DNA from: Malacoraja senta
Taxonomy: Eukaryota
Direction of reading: 5' to 3'
DNA length: 64,000 nucleotides
Assembly (NCBI GenBank): GCA_038087875.1
Contig: CM075995.1
Coordinates: 3,164,001-3,228,000, forward strand
Positions 35,991 through 46,570 of the stretch are shown piece after piece. The position numbers and the translations under genes are program-made. The notes beneath the pieces are model-generated. The model did not search any database and was not told where the DNA came from. It worked only from the letters and a program-made list of their open reading frames with translations. Position 1 is the stretch's first letter, and every line of letters starts with the position of its first letter.

Positions 35991-36514
35991 CTTTCCCAAT
36001 TCCTTCTCTCCAGACACAAAATAATGGGGTCACTCAATGGGACAAGCGACGAAGGAAGAAGGAATGGGTGCTTTGACCAGTTTCCTATGTGATGGATGGT
36101 CAGGACTTTGTGGAAGCATGAATCCTTTCCCATTCATTGCGAAGTCAGACATCCCTATCTATCTGAGATGATATCAAATATCTATCTAAGTGCTTATTTA
36201 TAGTGATACGTACTGAACTGTGTACCGAAATGTATTTCACTGTACCTCGGTACATGTGATAAATAAATACCATACGTCCTTGTAAATCTTCTCTGTCCCC
36301 CATTCTAGTGCTGAGGGTAGATCCTTGATCAGGCACCGGCAGAATGGCAGCCTCAGTGAATCAAGGGCAAGTCGCACCCAGGCCGCTCCCTCGTCTCCCC
36401 TCTCCCATCAGGCAAAAGGTATAGAAGTGTGAAAACGAACACCACCAGATTCAGGGACAGTTTCTTCCACGCTGCGATCAGGCAACTGAATCATCCTACC
36501 ACAACCAGAGAGCA

Positions 36515-37647
36515 TCCACTACAAACCTACCGACTCCCATGGCTATCTGGACTACACTTCTTCCCACCCTGCTTCCTGTAAGGACTCCATCCCCCACTCC
36601 CAATTCCTCCATCTACGCCGCATCTGCTCCCAAGATGAGGCGTTCCACACCAGGGCATCTGAAATGTCCTCATTCTTCAGGGAACGGGGGTTCCCCTCCT
36701 CCACCATAGATGAGGCTCGCACCAGGGTCTCTGCCATACCCCGCAACACTGCTCTCTCTCCCCATCCCCCCACTCACAACAAGGGCAGAGTCCCCCTAGT
36801 CCTCACCTTTCACCCCACCAGCCGTCACATACAACAAGTGATCCTCCGTCAGTTTCGCCACCTCCAACGTGACCCCACCACTCGCCACATCTTCCCATCT
36901 CCCCCCATGTCTGCCTTCCGCAAAGACCGCTCCCTCTGTAACTCCCTTGTCAATTCTTCCCTTCCCTCCCATACCACCCCCTCCCCTGGTACTTTCCCTT
37001 GCAACCGCAAGAGATGCAACACTTGTCCCTTCACCTCCCCCTCCACTCCATTCAAGGACCCAAGCAGTCGTTCCAGGTGCGACAGAGGTTCACCTGCATC
37101 TCCTCCAACCTCATCTATTGCATTCGCTGCTCTAGATGCCAGCTGATCTACATCGGTGAGACCAAGCGGAGGCTTGGCGATCGTTTCGCCGAACACCTCC
37201 GGTCGGTCCGCAATAACCAACCTGAACTCCCGGTGGCTCAGCACTTCAACTCCCCCTCCCATTCCGTATCTGACCTCTCTGTCCTGGGTCTCCTCCATGG
37301 CCACAGCGAGCAACACTGTAAATTGGAGGAAATGCACCTCATATTCCGCTTGGGCAGTCTACATCCTGGGGGTTTGAACATTGAATTCTCCCAATTCTGC
37401 TAGCCCTTGCTATCCCCTCCCCTTCATCAGCCATCTGGTTGTCTCCTCCCCTCCCCCAGCCCTCAGGCTCCTCCTCCGCCTTTTTCCTTTTTTCCTTTCT
37501 TCTCCCCACCCCCTATCAGTCTGAAGAAGGGTTTCGGCCCGAAACGTTACATATTTCCTTCGCTCCATAGATGCTGCTGCACCCGCTGAGTTTCTCCAGC
37601 ATTTTTGTGTACCTTCGATTTTCCAGCATCTGCAGTTCCTTCTTTAA
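36515..37647 (+). mobile_element. Penelope-like element, 5'-truncated (thumb/linker, GIY-YIG, terminal repeat)
   Basis: ORFs 36664-37146 and 36999-37403 (one frameshift); near-identical to 51670-52806. Confidence 0.92.
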
Positions 37648-37720
37648 CAGCAGTCCTGAACTAGTATCTATCTCTTTCATGACCCTCGGACTATCCTTGA
37701 AGGGACTTTGCTGGCTTTAG

Positions 37721-38368
37721 ACATAGACATAGACATAGAAAATAGGTGCAGGAGGCCATTCAGCCCTTCGAGCCAGCACCGCCATTCATTGTGATCATGG
37801 CAGATCGTCCCCTATCAATAACCCGTGCCTGCCTTCTCCCCATATCCCGTGACTCCACTAGCCCCTAGAGCTCTATCGAACTATCTCTTAAATCCATCCA
37901 GTGATTTGGCCTCCACTGCCCTCTGTGGCAGGGAATTCCATAAATTCACAACTCTCTGGGTGAATTTTTTTTTCTCACCTCAGTCTTAAATGAAACCTCC
38001 CTTTATTCTAAGACTGTGGCCCCTGGTTCTGGACTCGCCCCACATTGGGAACATTTTTCCTGCATCTAGCTTGTCCAGTCCTTTTATAATTTTATATGTT
38101 TCTATAAGAACCCCCCTCATCCTTCTAAACTCCAGTGAATACAAGCCTAGTCTTTTCAATCTTTCCTCATATGACGGTCCCGCCATCCCAGGGATCAATC
38201 TCGTGAACCTACGCTGCACTGCCTCAATCACAAAGATGTCCTTCCTCAAATTAGGAGACCAAAACTGTACACAATACTCCAGATGTGGTCTCACCAGAGT
38301 CCTATACAACTGCAGAAGAACCTCTTTCCTCCTGTACTGAAATCCTCTTGTTACGAAGGCCAACATGG
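37721..38368 (-). mobile_element. CR1 LINE 3' fragment
   Basis: ORF 37986-38366 (-) encodes the RT C-terminus; (ACATAG)n tail. Confidence 0.9.
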
Positions 38369-38411
38369 CCAGCTTTACCTTGCATTAAACATTTTCCCTT
38401 ATCTGTACACC

Positions 38412-38550
38412 TCTTCTTCTTCCTTATGGCATGCACAGCCTAAAGTTGTAGGACAACATGTTCTATTTGATCTTATTTGATTGTGCACGCCAGGTTGATT
38501 GCATTCGTTGAAACAGGGCGGACCACATGAAGGTTGCAATCTTCCACCCT
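38412..38550 (-). mobile_element. ~139-bp ribozyme-headed mini-retroposon
   Basis: TSD ATCTGT(A/G)CAC (38401-38410 / 38551-38560); (GAA)n tail; homologous to 14964-15098. Confidence 0.82.
38497..38550 (-). ncRNA. Minimal HDV-like (CPEB3-type) ribozyme lacking a P4 stem
   Basis: Minus strand AGGGTGG(P1) AA GATTGCA(P2) ACC(P3) TTCATGT(L3) GGT CCGCCCT(P1') GT TTCAA CGAA TGCAATC(P2'). Confidence 0.8.
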
Positions 38551-39045
38551 ATCTGTGCACTGTGAATGGCTCGATTGTAATTATGTATTGTGTCGGAAGG
38601 AAGTGCAGATGCTGGTTTCACCCGAAGATGGACACCAAAAGCTGGAGTAACTCAGCGGGACTGACAGCATCTCTGGAGAGAAGGAATGGGTGACGTTTCA
38701 GGTCGAGACCCTTCTTCAGACTGGTTAGGGTTAAGAGAATCAAGAGAAATAGACGATGATGTGGAGAGATAAAGAACAATGAATGAAAGATATGCAAAAA
38801 AGTAACGATGATAAAGGAAGCAGGCCTTTGTTAGCTGTTTGTAGGGTGAAAACGAGAAGCTAGTGAGACTTTGGTGGGGGAGAGGGATAGAGAGAGAGGG
38901 AATGCCGGGGCAGTATGTATTGTCTTTCTGCTGACTGGTTAGCAGGCAACAAAAAGATTTTTACAGCTCCTCAGTACATGTGACAATAAACTAAAGTGAA
39001 CTGAACTAAATCCATTTGCTTCCTGTTGTACATGGACTGACTCAC

Positions 39046-39101
39046 TCGGTTCCACGCAAACGCAGAGGAAATTGTTCAGGGAATTGTCGGTGTGCGTGTA
39101 G
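39046..39101 (-). other. Candidate 56-nt host exon
   Basis: Polypyrimidine tract and AG acceptor (TTTTTTTTTCTCTTCCCCAAAAAG), GTGAGT donor, open in two frames (YTHTDNSLNNFLCVCVEP or LHAHRQFPEQFPLRLRGT); gene not recognised. Confidence 0.35.
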
Positions 39102-39589
39102 CTTTTTGGGGAAGAGAAAAAAAAATCAATCAGAAATAGGGCAAAAGGTGATTCCTTTAATTATAGGCTAACAGGTCCAGATTGATTGGATCTGAGCTGG
39201 GGACCGCAGGTTCTATTTACAGCTGTAAATTATTTAAGGTAACTCGAGCTGTTCTCTCCCCTTAATGCCCAGAGCATTTCTCACACACAATACTATATCG
39301 GGACTGAAACCTGAAGGGGTCAGGGCTGCTAAATACACAAAATAAAATGTATATATTTCATGTACTAATGTCCTGAACATATACTGTATTGGAAATGTAA
39401 AAAGGTACTGCAGATGCTGATTTAAACCAAAGATAGACCCAAAAAGCTGGAGTAACTCAGCACCTCTGGAGTAAAGGAATGGGTGACATTTCGAGTCGAG
39501 ACCCTTCTTCACTGCGGATGCTGGGTTACTGTTGTGTCTATCTTACTGTATTGATTATGTTGCACAATACGCTGGTCTCAGCACAAAAT

Positions 39590-39895
39590 TGGCAGCACGG
39601 CGGTACAGCGGTAGAGTTGCTGCCTTACAGCGCAAGAGACCCGGGTTCGATCCCAACTACGGGTCCTGTCCGTACGGAGTTTGTCTGTTCTCCCCGTGAT
39701 CTGCGTGGGTTTTCTCTGGGTGCTCCACACTCCAAAGGCATACGGGCTTATCGGTTAATTGGCTTCGGTAAAATTGTAAATTGTCCCGAATGTGTGTAGG
39801 GTAGTGTTGGTGTGCGGGGATCGCTGGTCGGCGAAGGCTCGGTGGGCCTTAGGGACTGTTTCCATGCTGTATCTCTAAACTAAACTAAACTAAAA
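39590..39895 (+). mobile_element. tRNA-derived SINE, complete
   Basis: A/B-box-like head, V-domain, (CTAAA)n tail. Confidence 0.88.
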
Positions 39896-40689
39896 GATAG
39901 GAAGGAACTGCAGATGCTGGTTGAAACAAAACATAGAAACATAGAAAATAGGTGCAGGAGGAGGCCATTCGGCCCTTCGAGCCAGCACCGCCATTCATTG
40001 TGATCATGGCTGATCGTCCCCTATCAATAACCCATGCCTGCATTCTCCCCATATCCCTTGACTCCACTAGCCCCTAGAGCTCTATCTAATTCAGAGAGAC
40101 ACAATAAGCTGGAGTAACTCAGCGGGTCAGACAGCATCTCTGGAGAAAAGGAATAGGTGACGTTTCGGGTCGAGACCCTTCTTCACACCCAATAGACCCA
40201 AACTAATAGGCTTGTATCAGCCCTTGTGTCTCACTAGAGATTCCTCCTATGCTCTTCTATCTAAATCCTATCTGTCTGTCCTCTTTTATCCCTAAACTCC
40301 GGACCCTAAATAGCTTTCCCTGAAATGCATATGTTTGCTTAAAGTGCTCCTTGTGATAGCGAATTTCACTGCCTAAGCACACACTTGAAGCAGTTTCTCC
40401 TAAATTGCTTCGTGGACTTGAAAATAACCATCTAATATTTATGACCTTCAGCTGGTCTTCCCCCATGTGAAAGCACTTTCTTCATGAACCTTTTAAACCC
40501 TCTCTTGATGCAGAATCATTACTGCTGCTGTCTATTATACATCGTCTGTGCTTTCTGCAGTAAATACACGGCTTTCCGTGGGGATCATGCTCTTTGGTTT
40601 ATCTAGCGTTTTGCTGTAAGACAAACATCTTTATAGTTGGTACTAAAGAGCATGGCTGTTTAGGGCGTGTGACCACAGAGGGTTTGGTA

Positions 40690-42230
40690 TTTTAGTTTAG
40701 TTTAGTTTAGTTTAGATTAGTTTAGAGATACGGCCTACCAAGTCCACACCAACCAGCGCTCCCCATGCTAAAAAATTTTACATTTACACCAAGCCAATTA
40801 ACCTGCAAACCTGTACGTCTTTGGTGTGTGGGAGGAAACCAAAGTTTAGATTAGTTTAGATTAGTTTAGAGATACAGCACGGGAACAGGCTCTTCGGCCC
40901 ACCGGGTCCGCGCCGACCAGCGATCCCCACACATTAACACTTTTTCTCACAGAGAGTGGTGAGTCTGTAGAATTCTCTGGAGGCAGTTTCTCTGGATGCT
41001 TTCAAGAGAGAGCTAGATAGGGCTCTTAATAATAGCGGAGTCAGGGGATATGGGGAGAAGGCAGGAACGGGGTACTGATTGGGGATGATCAGCCATGATC
41101 ACATTGAATGGCGGTGCTGGCTCGAAGGGCCAAATGGCCTACTCCTGCACCTATTGTCTATTGTCTATTGACAATATCCTACACCTACTAGGGACAATTT
41201 TTACATTTACCAAGCCAATTAACCTACAAACCTGTACGTCTTTGGAGTGTGGGTGGAAACCGAAGATCTCTGAGAAAACCCACGCCGATCAACGGGAGAA
41301 CGTACAAACTCCGTACAGACAGCAACCGTAGTCAGGATCGAACCCGTGTCTCTGGCGCTGCATTCGCTCTAAGGCAGCAAGTCTACCGCTGCGCCACCGT
41401 GGCCGCCCAGCCCTGTGGTCGTTTTCTCGGAGAAAACCAACGCAGATCACAGGGGAGAACGTGCAAACTCCATGCGGGCAAGCACCCGCAGTCGGGATCG
41501 AACCCGGGTCTCTGGCGCTGCAAACGCTGTAAGGCAGCAACTCTGCCGCTGCGCCACTGTGTCACCCTACATTAGAGAAGTTGTTTTTTAAACTGATTAT
41601 AAACATGCACCTTCTTTCTTATCAATCATCGGTAAAAACGAGTTGGTTTAAAAAAATATGAGATTAGTAAAAAATGAATTACTGAGCTAACGGGCCGAAA
41701 GGAGCAGTGTCTGGGAGAGTGATGGAGCTTTTAACTGAATGTGGTGATTAATGAAAGTTTTGAACATATCAGAATCTCGTAAGGCCTGGGTTACACACTA
41801 ACAGCGGTGTGCTGTCAGGCAGCCTCTCCCTCCCACTCCCCCCCCCCCCTCTCCTCACTCCCCTTTCCTCTCTCCCCTCTCCCCTCCTTTTTTTAATCCC
41901 TCGCTCCTTCACACTCACCAATCATCTGTCTTGCCCACTCCAGCCTGTCTACTACCCCGCCGGTCTTGGTTCTGCCTGCACAAATGGTTTAGTTTAATTT
42001 AGATATACGGCACGGTAACAGGCCTCACCGAGTCTGCACCGACCAGCGATCCCCGCACATTAACACTATCCTACACACACTAGGGACAATTTACACTTAC
42101 ACCAAGCCAATTAACCTACATACAGTACCTGCACGTGCGTCCTTGGAGTGTGTGTGGAAATCGAAGATCTCGGAGAAAACCCACGCAGGTCACAGGGAGA
42201 ACGTGCAAACTCCGTGCAGACAGACACTGC
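40690..42230 (-). mobile_element. Cluster of SINE copies (about 40690-41560 and 41987-42230) with a short + strand CR1 tail at about 40942-41170
   Basis: Repeated SINE reverse complements; CR1 3' UTR ending in (CTATTGT)n. Confidence 0.8.
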
Positions 42231-43147
42231 ATCACACTTGGGATCGTTACTGAAGCAAGATTGGTCTTTGTGAGAGTGGATCCGTGAAAAGCCACTGGTC
42301 TGGATGGAGTCCCTGGCCACATCCTGGCCACATCCTCAGGGCATGTGTGGACCAGTTGGCAGAAGCATTCAAAGACATCTTTAACCTCTCACTGCTTCAT
42401 TCTGAGCTCCCCGCCAGCTTCAAAATGACCACTATCATAAGATCATAAGATCATAAGTGATAGGAGTAGAGTTAGGCCATTCGGACCATCAAGTCTACTC
42501 CGCCATTCAATCATCGCTGATCTACCTCTCCCTCCTAACCCAATTCTCCTGCCTCTCCCTATAATATCTGACCACCCTATCAGACGTTCCCTTAGGAAAG
42601 AGATGAGGAGAATTCTTTTTAGTCAGAGGGTTGAATCTGTGGAATTCTTTGCCACATCTTAGTGACTACGTGAAGAACCCCGTCAGGGCGCATGCGCGTC
42701 ATTACGTCGGACGCATTGGTGCGAACGGCAGCGGGAGCTCGGAGCTCCTGCTGCAACGTGAGTAAATACAGCTCCACCAAAGTCGGGGAGACTTTGGAGG
42801 AGTTAGGAAAAAGTAAAGAAAGTGTTTCTGTGTGTTTTTTCTCCCACATACAGGAACAAGGAAAAGGTGCAGGTCTGCTGCCGACAAGGAGAGAGAGAGA
42901 GCTGCGGGACGCAGTCTCTGAAAGGCAGCCTGTCACCTCGGGGGAGTCGCAAGCCGGTAGCGGTGCGGCGACAGACTTCGGAAAGTGCCCAGCCGGGTAC
43001 ACAGCCAACGCCAGTCGGGCGGTAGGCATAAGCTAAGTCTGTCAGGGCTATAGACTCCGCAGAGTCGGGCCACGAGAGTCCCGTCGGGGACAGGATACCG
43101 TTCCCCAGCGGTTATCCAAAGCTCATACAGGGGCTGCTCCACAGAGA

Positions 43148-43395
43148 CGCTCCAGGAGGAGTACTGCTGGAGGGAAGCCACAGAGAAGGCTCCGCTGGCA
43201 GTGCCTAGGAGAGGTTCTGCTTCATAAAGCCACACTCCAGGAGGAGTAGTGCAGGCGGGAAGCCTTAGGGAAGGCTCCGCTGGCAGTGACTAGGAGAGGT
43301 CTGCTTCACAAAGCCACACTCCAGGAGGAGTTGTGCAGGCGGGAGGCCGTGGGGACGGCTCCGCTGGCAGTGCCTAGTAGAGGCCTGCTTGAAAG
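43148..43395. repeat. 84-bp tandem repeat (about 3 copies) in DIRS ORF1
   Basis: CACACTCCAGGAGGAG recurs at 43231 and 43315. Confidence 0.85.
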
Positions 43396-45586
43396 CACCC
43401 TCTTTGCAAGAGGTGAGTGCAGAAGGGCAGATACGCTCTGACCCTGAGTCCGACAACTTCCAAAGGGAGGGCAGGCAGCTGTCAGAGCTGACACCGTGTG
43501 CAGCACGGTTTGCCATGTCGTCGGATGCTGGTGAGCCTCTGGGTGAGGAACTTGCCACCAGCATAAATTACTAAGTTTCACATCAGCTACAGGAGCTGAC
43601 AATGGATGAGACAGTAACGAAGTATGAAGCCCCAATCAACTGTGGACTGTTACAAGTTCCTGTTGGGAACAGGAAGAATTGGGGCAAGATGGGCATACTA
43701 ATGAAAGCCCAGGAGCATGTGAAGCTCCAGCATATTTTTAAAGTTGCTGGCATCTGGTATAACGAGCTTTGCCAGGATGGTGGATGGAGAGGCCATGACA
43801 AATTACAACAAAAGGCGCTATTGTGGAGTGCCCACTTTGAGATCAACTGCCTCCGCAAGATGCGATTAGACCAACCATCAATCCTAAATATGCTTCACTC
43901 TGCCAGCCTGGCACAGTGCAACCGGCACAGCTGTTTGGCGAGAATTTCGCACAGCAGGTGAAGGAGCTGGAGGAGGAGGCTAAGACGGCAGCCACATATT
44001 CACCAAAGCGGAAGTATCCCTATAAGGGAGCAGACTGGTCCGGGCAAGGGACGAGTCCAGCTACGATGCAGCACAGTTCGCGTTCGGCTGTAGCACCGCC
44101 ACGGAGGTGAGATATCCAGCTCAAGGCCGGGGAAGAATGCCAGGTGGTAAGAAGGTAAGAGGGTCTGGTTATCATGTAGACAGATCTAATGTGATACAAT
44201 TAAATGTTTACCTCAGATATGTTTATACTGAAGGTTTAAAATTCAGCTGGATGGGGCAATTATGCCAATACAATCCACTGCCTAATGGTTTCTCTTCAGC
44301 TTCTAGAGGGATTACAAAGTTGTTAAAACCTATTCTAGGCATGATAAGAAGTCAAGGTCATGTGCTCATGGCTTAGCTAGATAATATCTTGATTGTAGGA
44401 CAATCAAAGGAAACAGCTGAAGCATCAGTGGCAGTTGGTAAAAATCATTTTTTAATTGGGCTTTATAAGCTATCCAGAGAAATCTAAATTTATACCTGTG
44501 ACACAAATTGACTAGTTGGGTTCACAATGGACTTAATCAACATCATTGTGACCTTGCCCAGGCAAGAAAGGGTAGAGCTAATTAAGAGCTATATCAAGTT
44601 AATTGCTGACACACAGCCTTCAATTAGCCAGGTGACAAATCTGGTGTGGTAATGGCTGGCAGCATTTCCAGCAGTTCAATATGGCCACTTTATTATCTAC
44701 AATTACAAAGGTCAAAGGAACAAGCATTGAGGATACATTGGGGTCATTATAATAGACCTATGCTTCTATCAATAGAGGCTGTTGCTGATGTACAATGGTG
44801 GATTCACCATGTGTCCACTAGTAGTTCCAAAGTGTTATTGGACCAAGCTTCCATGATTTGCAGACAGATGTCAGAGCACTTGGGTAGGGTGCTACTGATA
44901 CAAGAACCAGCGGTGGAGACAGATGAACATTGCTTCTGCATACATGGGGAATTAACCAAGAGTATTTTATGGACTCAAGGCTTATGGCACTAACTAAACT
45001 AGTTTGCATGTGCAGTGCAAAATAGACAACACTGCAGCAGTTGCTGATATGAATCACATGGGTGGAATCAAATCGTTATCATGTGACAGGTTGGCAAATA
45101 CAATTGGACCTGGAGTAGGGATAGAGAGATTTGGATTGGAGCTATCTATCTGCCAGGGAAACTTAATGTAGTACCAGATTGCAGCTCACGAAAATTCCAT
45201 CATAACACAGAGTGGATGTGGAACCAAGATGTGTTCAAGAACATAGTACTTCTATATGGAAGGCCAAAATATGTTTCATAGGCACCAGATCCAGGGGCAG
45301 TGGCAATTGATGTTTTTTCACTAAATTGGGATGATATGTTTGTGTACATTTTCCCACCATTCTGCCTCATAGGTCGGTGTTTGAGAAAATCAAGCAGGAT
45401 GCCGCTTCAGGGGTTTTGGTGATACCAAATTGCCTGATTCAACCATGGTTCCCTTTGATGTTACAGATAGCGATCCAACCTCTTTTTGCTGATTCCAAAC
45501 AGTAGGAATTTCCTGGAGCATCCAGTAACGCATTAAGTTCATCCGTTATGTGATAGTATGGATCTGTTCATTTGCAGGTTTTAAGA

Positions 45587-46570
45587 ATGCCTTACATTGG
45601 TCGAGGACTTTCTAGGCCAACGGTGGATATACTCACTGCAGCCTGGAGAAACAGTACTCAAAAACAGTATATGACATGTTAAAAAAAAATTTAAAAAAAT
45701 GGGAACAATATGGTGTTCAAAAGAATATTCAATATGATACTGTAGTTATTGAAAATGTGTTAGAGTTTATCTACACTTTATTATGATGAGGGTCTTAGCT
45801 ATACTGCTATCAATACAGCTAGAAGTGCTTGGTCGGCATATCTTGTAATAGGTACACGGACACAAAGTATAGGTTCTCACTCTCTCATATCTAGGTTGAT
45901 GAAAGGAATCTTTAATTCCAAACCGCCTAAGCCTAGGTATATGGTAATCTGCGAGGTAAGTGTTGTTCGTAACATACTTCGTCATTGGGTCCTTGTCACG
46001 TCTAACTTTGTTAAAATTAACCATGAAATTGGCTATGCTAATGGCATTGGTGTCACTACAGAGAGTGCAGACTTTCCAAAAAACTTCAGTTCGAGAGAAT
46101 GGAAGTGAATACAGAGAAGGTTCTGTTTTATATTTCTGACCTGCTCAAACAAAGCAGGCCAGGTGTGACAGGTTTTAAGATTGTGTTCTCAGCATATCCT
46201 ACAGCTCCATGTTTATGTGTAAGGACACATTTGTTACATTACATTGAAGCCACAAGGGCTTTAAGACAAGAAGAAACAGGATTATTTGTCAGTTACAAGA
46301 AGCCAACATAAAAGAGTGGCAGTTCAGACTATTTCAAGGTGGTTAAAGCAAGAGTTGGTTCAGGCAGGAATTAACATTTATGTGTTTACATCTCATTCCA
46401 CTAGCGCAGTAGCAACATCCGCGGCCAGGGGGATGGACGTTCCCATCGACCATATATTAAAAGCCGCAGGTTGGAAAAATGAACTTGTGTTTCAGCAATA
46501 CTACCATCGGCCGATTGCTGATGGAGGGCTGTTTGCCAACTCAATATTGAGTGCTGTTGCTATTATTTAA
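45587..46570 (+). pseudogene. DIRS tyrosine recombinase, frameshifted
   Basis: MKGIFNSKPPKPRY, LLKQSRPG, TISRWLK, FTSHSTSAVATS...AAGWKNELVFQQYY. Confidence 0.85.

Larger units (their letters stand above)
36370..39010 (+). mobile_element. Rex1/Babar-like LINE 3' end split by four nested insertions
   Basis: LPSGKRYRSVKTNTTRFRDSFF-like coding end at about 36400-36490; UTR pieces at 37648-37720, 38369-38411, 38551-38593 and 38913-39010 ending TGACAATAAA(CTAAA/CTGAA)n. Confidence 0.7.
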
